This document shows positions 18,790 to 28,660 of a stretch of DNA of 64,000 nucleotides, one piece after another (the first letter of the stretch is position 1; each line of letters opens with the position of its first letter). The notes under the pieces were generated by a model. The model ran no database searches and had not been told where the DNA came from. It saw only the letters and a list, made by a program, of their open reading frames with translations. Source of the DNA: Nitrosopumilus sp. (GTDB lineage: Archaea; Thermoproteota; Nitrososphaeria; Nitrososphaerales; Nitrosopumilaceae); assembly GCA_965207075.1 (NCBI GenBank), contig CBDBLO010000002.1, forward strand, positions 864,001-928,000, written 5' to 3'. Position numbers and translations under genes: made by a program.

Positions 18790-20010
18790 TCATCTGGGCC
18801 TCTGGTTCCTGTGCCTGGCGGCCGCGTCCTCGAGTGCGCTTATCATGGGAAGGCGCTTGCCTGTCAGGTACAGCACGAGGGCTCCGCCGGCGGTGCTGAT
18901 GTGGTTTATCCTGTCGGTCAGCCCCAGATTCTTTAGCGCCGAGGTCAGGTGGCCGCCGCTGACTATGGTGGTGGCCATGGAGTCCGAGACTGCCCTCAGC
19001 AGGGAGTTTGTCCCATAGCTAAAGTTCTCGTTCTCAAAGAACCCCGCAGGCCCGCTTATGAACACGGTGCCGGCGCCCGATATCAGCTTTGAATAGTACT
19101 CCACCGTCTTTGGGCCCATGTCGTACACCTTGTCCCCCCTGCTCATCTCCCTGACGTCCATCTCGACCCTCTCGCCGTCCTTGTCGATTGCCACGTCCAC
19201 GGGGGTGGCAAACACGTCGGGATACTCGCCGATCAGCGCGTGGGCCTTTGCCACTGCCTCCTCCTCGCGTATTATCCCGAGCGACGACTTTATCCTTGCC
19301 TGCGCGCGCAGGAACACGTTTCCGATGAGCCCGGTCAGCAGTATGTGGTCGGCCCTGCCGTTCTCTATCAGCATCTTTATGGCCTCGAGCCTGTCGGGCA
19401 CCTTTGAGCCCCCCAGCACGATCACGTGGGGGGCCTTTGCCACCGTCATTATGTTGTCAAGGTTCTGGACCTCGCGCTCCACAATCCTGCCGGCGCACGC
19501 CGGCAGCACGTGGGGAAAGCCCACAATAGACGGATGCTGCCTGTGCGCGCTCGGAAACGAGTCCATGACGCACGCGTCGAACAGCTTTGAGAGCCTGGAG
19601 ACCATTATCGTCTTGGCGGCGGCCTCGGGGGGAAACTCATAGTTCTCCTCCGCGCAGAACCTGAGGTTGTCAAGCAGTATGATGTCGCCATCTTTCATGC
19701 CGCGTATCTCGTTTTGGGCCGCCACCCCCATCACGTCCTCCACGTATTTGATGCTGCGGCCGGTCACCTTCTGGAGCACCTCCGCATGGCTTGACATTCC
19801 GGTATAGTCGTTGTTGCCCACCCTTCCCTGATGGGATGCGATCACCACCTTTGCATCCTGCAGCGACTTTAGGCTGGCCGCCGCCTCCTCTATCCGTTTT
19901 GTGCCTAGGATCTCCATTGTGTTGGGGTCGATGGGGCAGTTTATGTCGACCCTCAGGAGCACGGTCTTGCCCCTGAGGTCAAAGTCATCAAGTGTGAGGA
20001 CACTCTTCAC
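18790..20010 (-). CDS. pgk: Phosphoglycerate kinase
   Basis: LLRVDINCP, SHQGR, LLDNLRF, AHR, LGGSKV, SGPAG.FE, HISTAGGA; GTG start at 20010 likely. Confidence 0.97.
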   Translation of the reverse strand: MKSVLTLDDFDLRGKTVLLRVDINCPIDPNTMEILGTKRIEEAAASLKSLQDAKVVIASHQGRVGNNDYTGMSSHAEVLQKVTGRSIKYVEDVMGVAAQNEIRGMKDGDIILLDNLRFCAEENYEFPPEAAAKTIMVSRLSKLFDACVMDSFPSAHRQHPSIVGFPHVLPACAGRIVEREVQNLDNIMTVAKAPHVIVLGGSKVPDRLEAIKMLIENGRADHILLTGLIGNVFLRAQARIKSSLGIIREEEAVAKAHALIGEYPDVFATPVDVAIDKDGERVEMDVREMSRGDKVYDMGPKTVEYYSKLISGAGTVFISGPAGFFENENFSYGTNSLLRAVSDSMATTIVSGGHLTSALKNLGLTDRINHISTAGGALVLYLTGKRLPMISALEDAAARHRNQRPR

Positions 20011-20146
20011 GATTGTACTGCCAAGGGCCCCGTTAAATTCCTTAAGAGGGGCTGTTTTTGTCCGCGGCCGCATTCCGGGGTGAGGGTGGCAGCGCCCGCC
20101 GCCGATGCTTGGCAAGCTTAATTTGGCCGCCCCCGCCCACCACGCC

Positions 20147-20827
20147 ATGGATCCTCCAATTACGGTGTCTCAGATGTACGACATCGAGAACAGGGGGCAC
20201 GACATGGGCTTTCTCAAAAAATTCATGATGGAGAATGCCGGCGCCGCCGCCGCCAGGCGCCTGGTGGAGGCCGTACGCGCCGGGGGGCACGACGTGGCAG
20301 GCAAGCGCGTTCTGGTGGCCGCCGGCCTTGGAAACAACGGCGGCGACGGGATGGTAGTTGCCCGGCACCTTGCCGGGTACGGGGCTCGTCCCGCAGTGCA
20401 CCTGCTAGGCGGCCCCGATATGATAAAGACGGAGGAGAGCCGGTGGAACTGGTCCCTCTTGGAGAGGATGCCCGGCTCGGTGTCCTTGGTGTCATGCGGC
20501 GCCGGGTTTGTGCGGCCAAGCAGCACGCCTGACGTCCTTGTAGACGCGATATTCGGAACCGGAATTACGGGCGACATACGGGAGCCGTACTCGTCGGCCA
20601 TCGCGTACATCAACGAGCAGCAAGGGCCGTTCAAGATGGCAGTAGACGTGCCCTCGGGGCTCGACCCTCAGACCGGGGAGACTGCCAACATGCATACGGC
20701 GTGCGACATGACCGTCACGTTTCACCGCATGAAGCAGGGCATTCCAAGGCGCCCCGACCTGACCGGCGCCCTGCATACGGAAAAGATAGGCATCCCGCCG
20801 GAGGCGGAGGCAGGAATCGTCTCATGA
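20147..20827 (+). CDS. nnrE: NAD(P)H-hydrate epimerase (YjeF N-terminal)
   Basis: MMENAG, GLGNNGGDG, VDAIFGTG, AVDVPSG. Confidence 0.93.
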   Translation: MDPPITVSQMYDIENRGHDMGFLKKFMMENAGAAAARRLVEAVRAGGHDVAGKRVLVAAGLGNNGGDGMVVARHLAGYGARPAVHLLGGPDMIKTEESRWNWSLLERMPGSVSLVSCGAGFVRPSSTPDVLVDAIFGTGITGDIREPYSSAIAYINEQQGPFKMAVDVPSGLDPQTGETANMHTACDMTVTFHRMKQGIPRRPDLTGALHTEKIGIPPEAEAGIVS

Positions 20828-21444
20828 CCGTTGCAGTGGAACAGGTGCCGGTGGGCCGGATGCAGAACTTTACGTACGTCGTGTCAGATGTGGGCACAAG
20901 GGACGCGGTCATAATAGATCCGTCCTGGGATCTGGCGGAACTGGATCTGATAATCAAGCGCGACTCGCTCAACGTCAGGTATATCGTAAACACGCACCAC
21001 CACTTTGACCACACGACGGGAAACGAGCAGATGGCCCAGTCCACGGGCGCCCCCGTCGCGCAGCACGAGGCGTCAGAGCTGCCCCACGACGTGTCGCTGC
21101 GGCACGGCGACGCCGTCGCGTTTGGGGACTCGGCGCTCGAGGTGCTGCACACCCCCGGCCACTCAAAGGACAGCATATGCCTGGTCGGGGACGGCAAGAT
21201 CTTTACCGGCGACACGCTGTTTGTGGGCGCGTGCGGGCGCGTCGACCTGCCCGGCGGCAGCGCGCGCGAACTGTACCACAGCATATTCGGCACACTTGCA
21301 AACCTTGAGGACTCGCTTGTAATGTATCCGGGGCACGACTATGGGGCCTCGCCGACGTCCACCCTCGGGGATCAAAAGCAGAGCAATCCTGTGATGCGCC
21401 CGGTATCCGAGGAGCAGTTCGTGGCAAGGATGACCATGGGGTGA
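20824..21444 (+). CDS. MBL-fold metallo-hydrolase (glyoxalase II-like)
   Basis: THHHFDH, HTPGHS, FTGDTLF, YPGHDY; ATGA overlap with nnrE. Confidence 0.92.
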   Translation: MTVAVEQVPVGRMQNFTYVVSDVGTRDAVIIDPSWDLAELDLIIKRDSLNVRYIVNTHHHFDHTTGNEQMAQSTGAPVAQHEASELPHDVSLRHGDAVAFGDSALEVLHTPGHSKDSICLVGDGKIFTGDTLFVGACGRVDLPGGSARELYHSIFGTLANLEDSLVMYPGHDYGASPTSTLGDQKQSNPVMRPVSEEQFVARMTMG

Positions 21445-21519
21445 CCGCGCACGGCCGCACTGTTCTTTACGCGAGGGGGCCGGCCTGCGCCGCGCACGGG
21501 ATGGTGATGCGCAACGGAC

Positions 21520-22842
21520 ATGGGCGACGGCCTGAGGATACATGGAAGCGAGCGCAGGGGTGCAGACTTTGTCGACTCTGTAGCCTCCGGCAGGTTCCTG
21601 TTCTCGATGGTGATGTCGTATACGTCCACCTGCGAGGTCCCCGGGCTTACGATTGCCGGCGCCGACGCGGACTCGTTCAAGTTCACGCCGCCTGCCGACG
21701 CCGAATACCTGCATTACGGATACTGCAGGACCATCAAGGGCATCCCCGTCACGCCCGACGGCAAGCCGACCCCTGCCGTCCTTACAAAGGCGGCCCTCGA
21801 GCACGCAAGCATTCCGCACGTGGCGATAAACGCCGGAAGCCGCGTATCCCCGAGGCTGCCGTACGTGGCCACGGGGCTCGGATACGGCGGCAACATCCGC
21901 ACGCGTGACGCGATGTCGGTGCAGGACGTGCTGCATGCGGTGGACTACGGGCGCATAGTAGGGAGGAGCTTGGCGCCGCTTGCCGACTGCCTGGTGATAG
22001 GCGAGAGCATTCCGGCCGGAACCACCACGGCAATGGCGGTCTTGTACGGGCTGGGGTATCGCGCGAGGGTCAGCTCCAGCATGCCCTCAAACCCGATATC
22101 GCTCAAGAGAAGGGTCGTACGCGACGCGTTTCTGCGGCTCGGCAGGGATGGCGCGGGGCGTGCACGGCAGCATGCACCCGGGGGGAAGGACGGCCGTGCC
22201 GAAGGCGTCCCTGATGGAGCCGCGGGCAACGCAGCTGGCACTGCACCCGGTGACGGACGGCGTCTGTCAGGCCGGGACCGCCCGAACGCGGCCGCGCACC
22301 CGGAACGCGGCGGCAGTACCTCCGACGCGCAGGCCACCCTTGATGACGTCGCGCCAAAGCCGCCCGGACCGGGTTCAAGCGAGGCGGAGAGGCAGCATTA
22401 CGTGTACCGGATAACGGCAGCCGTGGGGGATCCCATGATTCCGTTCGTGGCCGGCATGCTAAGCTCCGCGTCCGTATCGTCCAAGGTGATGCTGGCAGGC
22501 GGGACGCAGATGGCCGCCGTCCTTGCCGTTGCGTCGGGAATAGGATACGATGACAGCAACGTGGCAGTCGGAACAACCTCGTACGTAGCAGAGGACAAGA
22601 ACGCGGACTTTGCGGGGCTGCTGTCCGACGTGTCCGACGTGCCTGCAATCGCGGTAGATCCGGGGCTTGACGCCTCGCAGCATGCGGGACTGAGGGCGTT
22701 TGCGGGGGGGTATGCCAAGGAGGGTGTGGGCGCAGGCGGCTGCATCATATCTGCCATGCTAAAGACGAATGCCGGGCGCGCAGAGATGGCGCGCGCAATA
22801 GACGCCGAGTACTCCAAAATGCTCGGATCGCGGGCCGCATAA
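21520..22842 (+). CDS. cobT: Archaeal CobT-type nicotinate-nucleotide phosphoribosyltransferase (cobamide lower-ligand activation) with large low-complexity insertion
   Basis: TPPADAE, GKPTPA, GESIPAGTTTA, SSSMP, LAGGTQMAAV, KEGVGAGG. Confidence 0.88.
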   Translation: MGDGLRIHGSERRGADFVDSVASGRFLFSMVMSYTSTCEVPGLTIAGADADSFKFTPPADAEYLHYGYCRTIKGIPVTPDGKPTPAVLTKAALEHASIPHVAINAGSRVSPRLPYVATGLGYGGNIRTRDAMSVQDVLHAVDYGRIVGRSLAPLADCLVIGESIPAGTTTAMAVLYGLGYRARVSSSMPSNPISLKRRVVRDAFLRLGRDGAGRARQHAPGGKDGRAEGVPDGAAGNAAGTAPGDGRRLSGRDRPNAAAHPERGGSTSDAQATLDDVAPKPPGPGSSEAERQHYVYRITAAVGDPMIPFVAGMLSSASVSSKVMLAGGTQMAAVLAVASGIGYDDSNVAVGTTSYVAEDKNADFAGLLSDVSDVPAIAVDPGLDASQHAGLRAFAGGYAKEGVGAGGCIISAMLKTNAGRAEMARAIDAEYSKMLGSRAA

Positions 22843-22908
22843 GGGCTGGCTTGCGGGCCGCGTGCCGGACGGGGCACGTCCGAGGTCCTTTTGGCACCGG
22901 CGCCGCTG

Positions 22909-24777
22909 TCATTTGACCGTTACAGACTTTGCCAGGTTCCTCGGATAGTCCGGGTCCGCATTCCTCTCCAGCGCCGTATAATACGCGAGCAGCTGTATGG
23001 GTATGATCTCCGATATGGCATAAAGCGGGCTCTTTGGATTCTCCTCCCTGTCACTGATCTCTGGAATCCTTATCCAGTGGTCGTACACGTCGGAATGCGC
23101 GTCGGATATCCCTATTATTCTCGCGCCCCTGGCCTTTATCTCCCTTGCACTGGTCAGCATATCTTCGTGCGTGGAGTCGGCCGGGTTTATCACAATGACA
23201 TATGTCGAGTCGTCCATCAGCGCAAGCGGCCCGTGCTTTAGTTCGCCTCCTGCAATTCCCTCTGCGTGTATGTACGTCAGCTCCTTTATCTTCAGGGCCG
23301 CCTCTGTCGCAATGGGATAATGCACGCCTCTGCCTAGTACGTATATGTCCGAGATGTCCTTTAGCTCCTTTGCCACCTTTTGCATGCCAGTGGGATCCTC
23401 CAGCGTCCGGAGTATGAGGCCCGGGACCGCGTCTGTGATGTCGCTGCCACCGCTGCCGCCGCCTTCACCATCGCCATCAAGGCGCCTGCCTTCTGCCACT
23501 TGTGATATTATCCTGTATAGCACCACCAGCTGGGACGTAAAGCTCTTGGTGGCGGCCACCCCTATCTCGGGGCCGCAGTTCATCCCGATTGTCACGTCCG
23601 ACTGGCGCGCAAGCGAGGAGGTCATCATGTTGATCACCGATATTATTCTGCACCCTGCCTTTCTCGCCGTCCTGACTGCGCTCAGCACGTCGGCGCTCTC
23701 CCCACTCTGTGATATGGCCACGAGTACCGAGCCGGGGCCCATTCCTTCCGATGAGAACTGCATCTCGCTTGACATGACAGCCTCTGTGCTCTTTTTGGCA
23801 TGGCTTGCAAAGAAGTGCTTTGCGACCAGCGCCGCGTTGTAGCTGCTCCCACTGCCAGTCATGCATACGTTGTCCGCGTCGCGTATGATCTTGGCGGCCT
23901 CTGCTATCTCCCGCACGGCCGTTCCGCCTGCCTTGGACGCGGTCTCGTGCTGCTCGAAGATCTCCTTTAGGGTAAAGTGCGCATAGTCGCCCTTGTACGC
24001 GTCCCCGAACTCCTTTGAGACCTTTGTTATGCTGTACTTGACGGGACTTCCCTCAAAGTCAGTTATCTCAAACGTGGACATGTCGCCGTTTGTAATCACC
24101 ATGCTGCCGTTCTCCACGTATACGGCCTCGTCTGTATACTCGATGAACCCGAGCACGTCGCTTGAGAGAAACATGTCGTTCTTTCCGACCCCGATTATGA
24201 GCGGCTTGTGGAGCCTGGCCGCGGCCAGCCTGCCTCCGCTGAACATTGCCACGAACGCGTACTCGCCCTGCAGCCTTGAAACCGTGCCCGTCATGGCTTC
24301 CTTGACGCTCCTGGTTCGCTCGTAGTTTTTCTGCAGCAGGTTTGAGATCACCTCGCTGTCCGTCTCGCTCCTGAACGTGTATCCGTTCTTTACAAGCTCG
24401 GACTTTATCTCCTCGAAGTTTGTTATGATGCCGTTGTGTACTACGGCGATCTCGCCTGAGCTGCTTGGGTGGGGGTGCGCGTTTGTATCCGTCACGTTTC
24501 CATGGGTGGCCCACCTCGTATGGCCTATTCCTACGCTTCCGGGCATCGCGTCGAGGCGCGCCGACCTGTTCACGTCATCCACCCTGCCGGTGCCCTTGCG
24601 TACCATTATGCCGCCTTCCGTCTGCTGCCCCGAGCCGCGCTCGCCTGATGCGGTTGCGACCCCCACGCTGTCATATCCTCGGTACTCCATGCGCCTGAGT
24701 CCGCGTACCAGTATGGGCGCCGCGTCGTTGCCGTTGCCGTTGCCCCTACCGCTGTATCCTATTATAGAACAACACAT
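22909..24777 (-). CDS. glmS: Glutamine--fructose-6-phosphate transaminase (isomerizing)
   Basis: EYRGYDS.G, GHTRWATHG, HNGII.N, SQSGES, ATKSFT, ELKHGP, PRNLAKSVTV. Confidence 0.97.
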   Translation of the reverse strand: MCCSIIGYSGRGNGNGNDAAPILVRGLRRMEYRGYDSVGVATASGERGSGQQTEGGIMVRKGTGRVDDVNRSARLDAMPGSVGIGHTRWATHGNVTDTNAHPHPSSSGEIAVVHNGIITNFEEIKSELVKNGYTFRSETDSEVISNLLQKNYERTRSVKEAMTGTVSRLQGEYAFVAMFSGGRLAAARLHKPLIIGVGKNDMFLSSDVLGFIEYTDEAVYVENGSMVITNGDMSTFEITDFEGSPVKYSITKVSKEFGDAYKGDYAHFTLKEIFEQHETASKAGGTAVREIAEAAKIIRDADNVCMTGSGSSYNAALVAKHFFASHAKKSTEAVMSSEMQFSSEGMGPGSVLVAISQSGESADVLSAVRTARKAGCRIISVINMMTSSLARQSDVTIGMNCGPEIGVAATKSFTSQLVVLYRIISQVAEGRRLDGDGEGGGSGGSDITDAVPGLILRTLEDPTGMQKVAKELKDISDIYVLGRGVHYPIATEAALKIKELTYIHAEGIAGGELKHGPLALMDDSTYVIVINPADSTHEDMLTSAREIKARGARIIGISDAHSDVYDHWIRIPEISDREENPKSPLYAISEIIPIQLLAYYTALERNADPDYPRNLAKSVTVK

Positions 24778-25144
24778 CTCAAACAGATCCGCGGGGGCCG
24801 GGTTTGCGATAAAAGCTTACTCTTTTTAGCATTTCGGCACTAGTCCACAGCCGGCAGGAATGACGTGCTAAAAAATGGCGCTTATCCTTACTTTGTTTGT
24901 CAAGAGATGCGGGGAGGGGGAGGGGGGAAGGAGAAAATGGGGTGGAGGGAAGTTAGTGCAACCAGTGAGACATGCGCGCCTCGGGCTTTGATGGCGGTGC
25001 CGCCATATGCCTCGGCCGCGATGGGCACGCCGGGCTTTTCCTGCGCAGTGGCAGGCCTTTAAACCGTTTTGCGGTGTGACTGGCCATGAGCGCAGACATT
25101 TTCGCCCTTGGGCCGCCCCGTCAGACGGCATATTCTGCTGGCAG

Positions 25145-26689
25145 TCACCTTGTCAGTATGACGTGTACGGCGCCGAAGGCTGGTTCCGCCGACCTGCCGG
25201 ACACCTCGCCTGAGACAGCCTCGCGCTCCTCGGGGGTCAGCGTGTCGGCCTCCTCGATGGTCTGGTCGTGCAGCCCCCTTATGTTGTCTAGGTACGCGCC
25301 CACTGCAATGTCGGGCCTGCCGTCTCCGTTCACATCGGCGCGGGAGGATACCGAGAAGCCAAAGAAGTTGTAGTCGTCAAGGGAGGGTCCGTTGGGGGCC
25401 AGGTCGTCGAGTGTCTGCGTCGCCTTTATGGAGCCGTCCTTGTTCATGTACATGATGTGCACCTCGCCCCTATCGAGTCCCCCTCCGTCGCCGCGGTTGG
25501 AGCCGCCGGCCAGCTCGGTCACTCCGTCCCCGTCCAGGTCGCCGATAGCCGACACTCCTATCCCGAAGAACTCGAACTCGTTCAGGACGGGCCCGTTCTC
25601 AGTCGCGCCGTCTATGGTAAAGCTGTCCTTTACCGACCCGTCCCTGTTCATCATCAATACGTGAATGGATCCGGTATTCAGTACGGTGAGGCTGGACGAG
25701 CCGGAGTCGCGGCACATCTTGGCGTATGTCAGGTCCGTGGAATCCGAGCCGACGACCAGGTCGCGCACCCCGTCTCCGTCAAAATCGTCGATTCCGGCCA
25801 CGGCGGTTCCAAAGAAGTGCCCCGGTTCGATGTCGGGCGCGTTGGCCGTACCGTGCCCTATGCTTGCAGACTCCCTGGCCGTACCGTCGGCGTTCATGAA
25901 TATGACATCCACCGATCCGTAGAACTCCTCGTCGGGGTAGGCCGCCAGCCGCTCGCTGACGGTATCTGTAAAGTTAAACGGCAGGTTCAGAAACAGAAAG
26001 GAGCCGTGCGCCAGATACCTGCCGACGGCCACGTCGGGCACACCGTCGTCATCCAAGTCGCCTATGCCGGCCACTCTGAACCCAAAGTACTCGTACTGTC
26101 TGGCCGACAGCCCGGGCACGGTGTCCGGGTTGAGCTCCGCCGACGAGAGCACTGCGCCACTGCGGTCAAGGAAGAGTACGTGCACCGCGCCGGCGTCGGT
26201 TCCGCCCGCATCATCCCCGTCTGCGCCGACGGCCACGTCGGGCACCCCGTCGTCGTTCACGTCGCCTATGCCGGCCACTCCGGCTCCAAAGTAGTCTCCG
26301 GCCCTCAGGGACGGCACGTCGGCGCCGGTGATCTTGACGGCGCTTTTGGCAGTCCCATCGGCATTCATGAACAGCAGGTACGCGGCCCCGGAGTCCTCGG
26401 CGTGCGAGTCGTCACCACTGGCTCCAACTATGAGGTCGGGCACCCCGTCACCGTTCACGTCGCCCACAAAGTCCACGCTGCTGCCGAACGCGTCGTGGTC
26501 ATTGAGTGTCAGTGCGGGTATGCTGCCGTTGTGGATCTTGACGGTACTCTGGGCGTACTGGAACGGCGCGGACGAGGCGTGGGCCTCTTGGTGGTGCGGT
26601 GCGCCCGCCGCCGCCACCGTCGCTGCGACTGCAGCCAGTACCAACACCGCCGCCGCGACGCGGGTTGTCCCAAGTAGCGCTCGTACCAT
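25145..26689 (-). CDS. Secreted FG-GAP (integrin-alpha-like beta-propeller) repeat protein
   Basis: Signal peptide; six FG..V...GD.(N/D).DG..D..VG repeats with Ca-binding DxDxDG loops. Confidence 0.9.
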   Translation of the reverse strand: MVRALLGTTRVAAAVLVLAAVAATVAAAGAPHHQEAHASSAPFQYAQSTVKIHNGSIPALTLNDHDAFGSSVDFVGDVNGDGVPDLIVGASGDDSHAEDSGAAYLLFMNADGTAKSAVKITGADVPSLRAGDYFGAGVAGIGDVNDDGVPDVAVGADGDDAGGTDAGAVHVLFLDRSGAVLSSAELNPDTVPGLSARQYEYFGFRVAGIGDLDDDGVPDVAVGRYLAHGSFLFLNLPFNFTDTVSERLAAYPDEEFYGSVDVIFMNADGTARESASIGHGTANAPDIEPGHFFGTAVAGIDDFDGDGVRDLVVGSDSTDLTYAKMCRDSGSSSLTVLNTGSIHVLMMNRDGSVKDSFTIDGATENGPVLNEFEFFGIGVSAIGDLDGDGVTELAGGSNRGDGGGLDRGEVHIMYMNKDGSIKATQTLDDLAPNGPSLDDYNFFGFSVSSRADVNGDGRPDIAVGAYLDNIRGLHDQTIEEADTLTPEEREAVSGEVSGRSAEPAFGAVHVILTR

Positions 26690-26834
26690 TTGTAATGAGA
26701 TCAGTTGATTGTCAATTTATAACATTTCCGATGCAGATGGGTGCGCCCTGCGGGCGTATGCCCACTCAAGATCCGGCAGCGACTATTCAAGATGGATTCT
26801 TGATGAATTCTTCTGTAACGCAAGTTGATGGTGG

Positions 26835-27533
26835 TTACGGCGGTGATGATGATTCTGCGGACGCATTCTCTGATGCCGGTACGGTCTCTACATTCTGCCC
26901 CGCATCGCTGTCATCATTTTGAGCCTGTTGTTCCTCTTGGGCATCCTGCTGCTTCCCTTCTGCCTCTGCCGCATCGCTGGCAGCCGTCTCTTGATCAGTC
27001 TCCTCACTGTCGCCGCCCTCTCCGTCCTGCTGCTTTTTCTTGAGCCTCTCTGGAATCTTTGACTCTGCTGCAAACCTGATGCGGTCCTCTTCCTCCACTG
27101 TTACGACATACGACGGAATGTTTATCCTTCTCTCCCCTATCATCATGTGCCCGTGCACCACCGCCTGCCTTGCCTGGTACGGGGTCTTGAACTCGAACTT
27201 TTTGGTGACGATGGTCTGGAACCTCCTTGCAAGCAGGTCGCTCACCTTGAGGTTCAGCACGTCATCAAGCGTCGCGTCCGGACTCACAAGCCCTATTCTG
27301 GCAAGTGACCTCATCAGTATGGGCTCCTTTTTAGATCTGTCCTCCGCCCTCAGGGCCAAGAGTGATCTCGCCTGGTGCCTTACGCGCGACAGTTCTGTGT
27401 GCGCCTTCCACAACTCGCGCTTTGTGCGCAGCCCGAACGTACCGAGCGTCTTGAGCTCGTCCATCTTTAGATCGTAGTTGAGCGGCCTCTTTGGCTTTCT
27501 CCATGCCCGACGCGGATATTTTGGATCGCCCAT
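26835..27533 (-). CDS. rps4: 30S ribosomal protein S4 (uS4) with acidic C-terminal tail
   Basis: MGDPKYPR, GLRTKRELW, RRFQT, QARQAVVHGH. Confidence 0.97.
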   Translation of the reverse strand: MGDPKYPRRAWRKPKRPLNYDLKMDELKTLGTFGLRTKRELWKAHTELSRVRHQARSLLALRAEDRSKKEPILMRSLARIGLVSPDATLDDVLNLKVSDLLARRFQTIVTKKFEFKTPYQARQAVVHGHMMIGERRINIPSYVVTVEEEDRIRFAAESKIPERLKKKQQDGEGGDSEETDQETAASDAAEAEGKQQDAQEEQQAQNDDSDAGQNVETVPASENASAESSSPP

Positions 27534-27542
27534 GCTATGTCA

Positions 27543-28151
27543 CTATTCCTTTTTCTCGCTCTCTTCGGGTTTGGAGTCCGCCGCGGGCGCGGGCGCCGCT
27601 GCTGCCGCAGCAGCAGTAGCGCCGGTCGGGCTCTGAGGCGCCGCCGGGCCTCCGCCACCTGAACTCTTCTTTGCCGGGACAGCTGCCGCACCGCCGCCCT
27701 TTGCGACGCCTACCGCGCCGCCTCTCCTGCCGGAGGTCCTGGTGCGCTGGCCCCTGACCTTTAGGCCGCTCAGGTGCCTGTATCCCCTCCAGCTGGCGGT
27801 GATTCTCTCCCTCTCTATGTCGTTGCGGAGAGTAAACGGAATGTCGGACGTCAGCAGGTGCTTGTCCTGGCCCGTCTCCATGTCCTTTTGCCTGTTGAGA
27901 AACCACCTTGGAAAGCCGGCTCCCGCCGGATCCGCTATTGTCCTCTCTATGTCCTGGACGTTTGCATCCGTAATGTCGCCCACGTTCAGGTCGGGGCTTA
28001 TCTTTAGTGTGTCGAGAATGGCAGTCGCAAAGTTGTATCCTATTCCCTTGATCTGGGTCAGGCCGATGAGCAGCTTCTTCTCGCCCGGTATGTCGTTTCC
28101 TAGGATCCTTACTATGTGCCTGTATTCCTGGGTACTGGTGCTGCTGCTCAA
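27543..28151 (-). CDS. rps13: 30S ribosomal protein S13 (uS13) with Ala/Gly-rich tail; TTG start probable
   Basis: [43 protein letters not shown]. Confidence 0.97.
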   Translation of the reverse strand: MSSSTSTQEYRHIVRILGNDIPGEKKLLIGLTQIKGIGYNFATAILDTLKISPDLNVGDITDANVQDIERTIADPAGAGFPRWFLNRQKDMETGQDKHLLTSDIPFTLRNDIERERITASWRGYRHLSGLKVRGQRTRTSGRRGGAVGVAKGGGAAAVPAKKSSGGGGPAAPQSPTGATAAAAAAAPAPAADSKPEESEKKE

Positions 28152-28252
28152 GTACGAAAAATGCGGAAAATCCCCGATAAAAACCATGCAAAGGCGCGCT
28201 TTGCGGCGCAGCCTCCGGGTTGGCAGTGGACGGGAGGGGTGGAGATAGGGAG

Positions 28253-28312
28253 GGATGGCGGGTGGATGGATGGCGGGTGGATGGATGGCGGGTGGATGGA
28301 TGGCGGGTGGAT
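28253..28312. repeat. 15-bp tandem repeat x4 (GGATGGCGGGTGGAT), intergenic
   Basis: Four exact copies inside a G-rich purine tract. Confidence 0.92.
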
Positions 28313-28395
28313 GATGGACGGAAGGCGGGCGGGTGGGAAAGGAAGGAAGGAAGGGCAGAAAAGTCGGATGGCGCCGGGCCGGGGCCGGCGCCTGC

Positions 28396-28548
28396 TCACC
28401 TGTAGTCCTCCGTGCTGGTCCAGTCCCTTCCGTGCACGTTCCACATGCCGCACCTGCAGCATTTCCTGACGCCCCTCTGCTGGTCTACCTCCTTGCAGTA
28501 ACAGTGCTCCCCTCTGCCTGACTTGTCCCCCCTGCACATGGGCTGCAT
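28396..28548 (-). CDS. Small Cys-rich protein (50 aa), not in ORF track
   Basis: [50 protein letters not shown]; mostly G/C third positions; TTAAAAA about 30 nt upstream. Confidence 0.65.
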   Translation of the reverse strand: MQPMCRGDKSGRGEHCYCKEVDQQRGVRKCCRCGMWNVHGRDWTSTEDYR

Positions 28549-28660
28549 GGTTATCTGACATGTATCTTGATTTTTAACCGCTTTGGAGCCCGAGTCCGCG
28601 TCCCCTGCAGCCGCCGCATGCGCGCCGAAGGATTATAACGGCACGCAGCGCCTGCCGCAT

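Noticed and set aside
18301-18790. Short ORFs at right end of island
   Set aside because: Several overlapping frames, none with a recognisable domain; possibly pseudogene debris but not supportable
21520-22842. Intein or intron in cobT (and in iscS, larE)
   Set aside because: Inserts are in-frame, low-complexity and lack intein C/S...HN termini or endonuclease motifs
26835-28151. Missing rps11/rpoD after rps13-rps4
   Set aside because: As far as I recall, this split is usual in Nitrosopumilaceae; not considered novel
28253-28312. CRISPR array
   Set aside because: 15-bp head-to-tail repeats with no spacers and no cas genes
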